The position numbers were made by a program, and so were the translations under genes. Shown piece after piece: positions 16,359 through 20,244 of a DNA stretch of 20,244 nucleotides (positions are counted from its first letter, which is position 1; each line of letters starts with the position of its first letter). The notes under the pieces are model-generated. The model saw only the letters and a program-made list of their open reading frames with translations, had not been told where the DNA came from and searched no databases. The stretch comes from an uncultured delta proteobacterium (GTDB lineage: Bacteria; Desulfobacterota; Syntrophobacteria; Syntrophobacterales; Syntrophobacteraceae): positions 1 through 20,244 of the forward strand of contig CAWEHK010000020.1 of the NCBI GenBank assembly GCA_963808625.1, written 5' to 3'.

Positions 16359-17800
16359 TAGACTTTTTCATATGACTTGATATTTTATGCTTGACAACCA
16401 TATTGCAGTGGTTCATAGATTCCATGTAGAATGGAGTTGTTCCCTGTTTTTATTCTATTTGGGGTTGAGCCAATGGCATTCCAAGGAAAAGTATTCACTT
16501 TTGGAATGAAACAGCTGGTTGTCAATTTGAAGCAATACTTTGATATCGAAAAATGTCAGAACAATTTGAAAGCTGAATGGGCCATACAGCAAACAGCGAA
16601 GGCGGTAGGTATCGGAGAAGCCACGGTTCGCCGAATAATGGCTGAGTACAATAAGAACCAACAGACTGTTCCGACTGATTTGCCTAAAGCACGAGGCCGG
16701 CCGGAATACACTATCCCAAATGACCTGCAGCCTGTTGTTCGCCAGTATATACGTGGTCAGAATCTTAAGGGTCAGCACGTATCCGTTGAGCTTGTACGCG
16801 AGCATTTAGCGAAGATCAATCCTGACTATGCCTTTCCAGCCACAACACTATGGAGAGCACTGAGCAGATGGGGCTTTACTTATGGGACGGGAAAACGCCG
16901 ATCAGCATTGAAAGAACGAGATTATGTAATCCTTGCAAGAAGACGGTATCTGAGGCAGAAACGTTTGAACAGGAAGCCTGACGGAATGCCGATACGGTCC
17001 GAAGTATATCTTGATGAAACCTTCATCAACAAGAACCACTCAAACCAGTTCACTTGGTATTTCGATGAGGATGGTCCGGAAGTGAACAAGCCTGCTGGCA
17101 AGGGAGAGCGTTTAATCGTCGTTAATGCAGTCACCGTAGAAGGGTGGGTTGGTAATGCAAGATTGATATTTGAGGCAAAGAAAAGGACTGGCGATTATCA
17201 TGGCCAAATGGATTATGGCAACTTTTCGAGATGGTTTGAGGAGCAGTTGATTCGGAATATTCCAGAACGTTCTATTATTATCATGGATAATGCCAGCTAT
17301 CATAATGCAACCGAAGAAACTTCGTTTCCAAAATCTAACTCCAGTAAAGAATATTTGAGAAAGTGGTTGGATGACAAACAAATACCATGGGGACAAGATT
17401 TGCTGAAAGCAGAGCTATATACTCTGTGTAAATCTTATGAGCCAAAGCCCGACTACAAGATCGACAAGATAGCAGAAGCTGCAGGACATTCAATCTTGAG
17501 AACACCACAATACCACCCTGAACTTCAGCCTATTGAAATGTGTTGGGGAATTGTAAAGAATTACATGGCCCAGCATTGTGATTTTACTCTTCAACAATTC
17601 CGCGATAATTTACCGTTGGCCTTTTCGCAAGTCACATCAGAAACATGCCGAAAACTGGTTGCGAAGATCGTGGCTGAAGAAGACAAGTATTGGGAAGAAG
17701 ATGGCCAAATTGATGAAAATCAAGGCATAGACATGAATCTCTTGAGCAAAGAAGATGATTTTTGAAAAAATCGTGATATCAAGTCATGTGAAATACGCTA
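16359..17800 (+). mobile_element. IS630/Tc1/mariner-superfamily insertion sequence, DD82E (Sailor-type), 1442 bp
   Basis: 25-bp TIRs tagactttttcatatgacttgatat and (rc) tagcgtatttcacatgacttgatat (21/25), flanked by TA at 16357-16358 and 17801-17802. Single transposase ORF, visibly more AT-rich than the host genes. Confidence 0.92.
16473..17765 (+). CDS. DDE transposase, IS630/Tc1/mariner type (DD82E)
   Basis: HTH-like TAKAVGIGEATVRRI and TTLWRALSRWGF; catalytic YLDET (D codon 17013), IIMDNASYH (D codon 17286), PQYHPELQPIE (E codon 17535). Alternative start at 16431. Confidence 0.93.
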   Translation: MAFQGKVFTFGMKQLVVNLKQYFDIEKCQNNLKAEWAIQQTAKAVGIGEATVRRIMAEYNKNQQTVPTDLPKARGRPEYTIPNDLQPVVRQYIRGQNLKGQHVSVELVREHLAKINPDYAFPATTLWRALSRWGFTYGTGKRRSALKERDYVILARRRYLRQKRLNRKPDGMPIRSEVYLDETFINKNHSNQFTWYFDEDGPEVNKPAGKGERLIVVNAVTVEGWVGNARLIFEAKKRTGDYHGQMDYGNFSRWFEEQLIRNIPERSIIIMDNASYHNATEETSFPKSNSSKEYLRKWLDDKQIPWGQDLLKAELYTLCKSYEPKPDYKIDKIAEAAGHSILRTPQYHPELQPIEMCWGIVKNYMAQHCDFTLQQFRDNLPLAFSQVTSETCRKLVAKIVAEEDKYWEEDGQIDENQGIDMNLLSKEDDF

Positions 17801-17826
17801 TAAATAAGTATAAGTGAGGCACGGCA

Positions 17827-18669
17827 ATGGCGGAAGTCACCAAATTGATCCATAAGTATCTGCGGCACGACAAGAAATTTCCTCACGTGTGGTGCCCCGG
17901 GTGCGGCAATGGGATTTTTCTCGGTTCCCTGATCCGGGCTATTGACCGGACGGGATTTGACAAGGACCAGATTGTCATCGTCTCAGGAATTGGCTGTTCC
18001 GGAAGAATCTCCGTATACGTCGATTTCAATACCCTCCATACCACTCACGGTCGCGCCCTGACTTTTGCCACCGGCATCAAACTCGCCAATCCAAAATTAC
18101 AGGTCATCGTCATCATGGGTGACGGCGATGCCACGGCGATCGGGGGGAATCACTTCATTCATGCCGCGCGCAGAAATCTGAACATCACCGCTATTGTTGT
18201 CAACAACAACATTTACGGCATGACCGGAGGCCAGTATTCACCCACAACCCCGTACGGCGCCCTGGCGACGACGGCCCTCTACGGCAATATCGAACACGCC
18301 TTTTCCATCGCCGAACTGGCTGCCATGGCCGGCGCCAGCATGGTGGCACGGGGCACGGTGTACCATGCCATCCTCCTTGACGAACTCATCGAGCGGGCTA
18401 TCCTGAAGCGCGGTTTTGCCGTGGTCGAAGTGATCAGCCACTGTCATACTCAATATGGGCGAAGAAACAGAATGGGCGGCGCGGTTGAGATGCTGCAGTG
18501 GCAAAAGGAAGCGGCGGTCAAAGTCGATAAAGCGCAGTCCATGACCGAGGAGGAGCTCAGAGGTAAATTCACGATTGGCGTTCTCGAGGATCGTGACCTT
18601 CCCGTCTATACTCATGAGTACAACAAGATCCGCGAAGCAGCGAAAACCATGCTGGCTAAGGCCAGCTAG
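17827..18669 (+). CDS. korB: 2-oxoacid:ferredoxin oxidoreductase beta (TPP-binding) subunit
   Basis: WCPGCG, VSGIGCSG, HTTHGRA, GDGD...IGGNH and NN.IYGMTGGQ.SPTT motifs; GAGG RBS. Confidence 0.96.
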   Translation: MAEVTKLIHKYLRHDKKFPHVWCPGCGNGIFLGSLIRAIDRTGFDKDQIVIVSGIGCSGRISVYVDFNTLHTTHGRALTFATGIKLANPKLQVIVIMGDGDATAIGGNHFIHAARRNLNITAIVVNNNIYGMTGGQYSPTTPYGALATTALYGNIEHAFSIAELAAMAGASMVARGTVYHAILLDELIERAILKRGFAVVEVISHCHTQYGRRNRMGGAVEMLQWQKEAAVKVDKAQSMTEEELRGKFTIGVLEDRDLPVYTHEYNKIREAAKTMLAKAS

Positions 18670-18768
18670 TGTCCATCCGGAAACCCCATTTTGTAGGAGG
18701 GGCTTCCAGCCGCGATCGGGGCTGGAAGCCCCTCCTACAGAACAAGGCGCCACTTTCCGGATGAGAAC
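18669..18768. mobile_element. MITE-like element C: TIR shell around a GTAG-family REP doublet, with 6-bp flanking direct repeat
   Basis: TIRs gtgtccatccggaaa and (rc) gttctcatccggaaa; CAGCTA at 18663-18668 and 18769-18774; perfect 20-bp stem tgtaggaggggcttccagcc (18692-18711) / ggctggaagcccctcctaca (18720-18739). Confidence 0.8.
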
Positions 18769-18778
18769 CAGCTAAGTG

Positions 18779-18926
18779 CAGTGCAGCAGCGCAGAATGAA
18801 TTGTCCATAATCACAGGACGTCATTCCCGCGTGCTTTAGGCGGGAATCCAGAAGAACTGACAGGATGTCCGCCTACGCGAGCATGAAGAGAGGATAGCGG
18901 ACAATCATTTATGCGGCACGGTACTG
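18779..18926. mobile_element. MITE-like element D: degenerate TIR shell around a GTCA-type REP
   Basis: 28-nt ends cagtgcagcagcgcagaatgaattgtcc and (rc) cagtaccgtgccgcataaatgattgtcc (19/28); core gtcattcccgcgtgctttaggcgggaatccag (18820-18851). Confidence 0.6.
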
Positions 18927-18979
18927 AGCAGCAAAGTTCAGTTGTTGTTGATCATTTTGTAGAGAAAGTTCAAACGACC

Positions 18980-19557
18980 ATGGAACGATACGAAATACGC
19001 CTGAGCGGGTCGGGGGACAGGGTTTGATCATTGCCGGGATTATTCTGGCCGAGGCCGCCGGCATCTACGACGGTAAATTTGTTTGCCAGACCCAGAGCTA
19101 CGGGCCGGAAGCACGGGGCGGCGCGAGCAAAGCCGAAGTGGTAATCAGTGAGGAAGCCATCGACTATCCCAAAGCCATTAAACCCGACCTGCTCCTGGCC
19201 ATGAATCAAAGGTCCTGTGATGTCTACTTCTTTGACCTGAAACCCACGGGCCTGTTGATCGTCGACTCCACCCACGTCAAGCAATTGCCCACCACAAAAG
19301 CGGTCGAGATACCCTTCACGCAAATTGCGCGCGAACAGCTTGGGAATGAGATGGTGGCCAATACGGTTGCGCTGGGTACGCTGGCGACCATAACCGGGGT
19401 GGTTTCGTTGAAGAGTCTTGAGGCGGCGGTGCTTGCGCGCGTACCGCCGGGGACGGAAGAGCTCAATAAGAAGGCCCTTGAGGCCGGGATTGAAGCAGCA
19501 AAGAGTTACCGGCAAACAAAGGAGAACGTGGGGGCCCATGCGGATTCTATTGACTAA
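18980..19557 (+). pseudogene. korC: 2-oxoacid:ferredoxin oxidoreductase gamma subunit, interrupted by a -1 frameshift (real or sequencing artefact)
   Basis: ATG 18980 gives MERYEIRLSGSG then TGA at 19025. Adding one G to G5 (19012-19016) restores the conserved SGSGGQG and continues in frame to QSYGPEARGG and N.VALG. Confidence 0.9.
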
Positions 19558-20244
19558 TGATGACGGCATTTACTCGAAAGGCATCGAAGCTCTCTACCTT
19601 GCTCTTATCCAGGAACATGACGTCACCGTGGTTGCTCCGGAAACGGAACAGAGCGCCGTGGGCCATGCCATCACGTGGCTCGACCCTCTGCGCGTCGATA
19701 CGGTCCATCGGAATGGGAGTTTTTTTGGGTACGCCGTGAATGGGACCCCGGCCGACTGCGTAAAGATCGCCGTTACCGAACTGATGAAGCCCCCGCCCCA
19801 GGTCGTGGTTTCAGGAATCAATCTCGGGGCCAATGTCGGGGTAAATGTCATCTATTCGGGGACGGTCTCGGCCGCGACTGAGGCTGCCGTGCTGGGGATA
19901 CCGTCGGTCGCCGTCTCGATTGACGCTTTCAAACCCGCCGACTTCAGCGGGGTTACCGATTTCATCCCACGACTGCTGAGGATCATCGAAAAAGAGGGGC
20001 TCCCGGATGGCCTCTCCCTGAACGTCAACGTCCCCAATCTTCCCGCCAAAGATATTCGCGGGGTCCGGATCACCCATCAGGGAAAGAAAAAACACCTGGA
20101 GCGCTATGACCGGCGCCTCGACCCGCGCGGCCACGTCTATTACTGGCTTTGCAATTCGACCTTCACCCGCGACACCGACCCTTCGGCCGACTCCTTAGCC
20201 CTGGAAGAGCATTATATTTCCGTTACCCCTATCCAATATGATCT
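19538..20244 (+). CDS. surE: 5'/3'-nucleotidase SurE (partial, runs off the right edge)
   Basis: MRILLTNDDGI, VVAP..EQSAVGHAIT, GTPADCV, SGINLGAN.G..V.YSGTV.AA and LNVNVP motifs. Overlaps the korC end by 20 nt; absent from the ORF track because it has no stop in the window. Confidence 0.96.
   Translation, partial: MRILLTNDDGIYSKGIEALYLALIQEHDVTVVAPETEQSAVGHAITWLDPLRVDTVHRNGSFFGYAVNGTPADCVKIAVTELMKPPPQVVVSGINLGANVGVNVIYSGTVSAATEAAVLGIPSVAVSIDAFKPADFSGVTDFIPRLLRIIEKEGLPDGLSLNVNVPNLPAKDIRGVRITHQGKKKHLERYDRRLDPRGHVYYWLCNSTFTRDTDPSADSLALEEHYISVTPIQYD

Noticed and set aside
16359..17800. The DD82E element as mobiliser of the neighbouring MITEs
   Set aside because: Its TIRs share no evident similarity with any MITE ends in the window.
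8392..18926. Recurrent palindromes as a possible CRISPR array
   Set aside because: Copies are dispersed over kilobases with no regular repeat-spacer period, and there are no cas genes.

Overview
Chromosomal window that looks like a sulfate-reducing or syntrophic Desulfobacterota (deltaproteobacterial) genome, judged from gene content. Left to right: the 3' tail of a probable tyrosine integrase converging on tRNA-Ala(GGC); a divergent tRNA-Leu(CAA); a VOC/glyoxalase gene; the dsrTMKJOP operon (dsrJ has a 1-nt frameshift); an OmpA lipoprotein; an RsmG-TrmH double methyltransferase fusion divergent from an RluA-family pseudouridine synthase; nitroreductase; dodecin; a hypothetical lipoprotein; an HMG-CoA-lyase-family gene; a korD-A-B-C 2-oxoacid:ferredoxin oxidoreductase operon (korC has a 1-nt frameshift); and surE running off the right end. 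The kor operon is split by an intact, AT-rich, 1442-bp IS630/Tc1/mariner-type element whose catalytic spacing is DD82E (Sailor type). The intergenic DNA is unusually rich in small non-coding elements: MITE-like shells with terminal inverted repeats (TIRs) holding different palindromic cores (GTCA-type REP, GTAG REP, 9-mer palindromes), free 9-mer palindromes and heptamer tandem arrays. Several overlap or supply stop codons, and two are read through in frame by the RsmG-TrmH gene. All protein calls come from motif recognition, not database searches.
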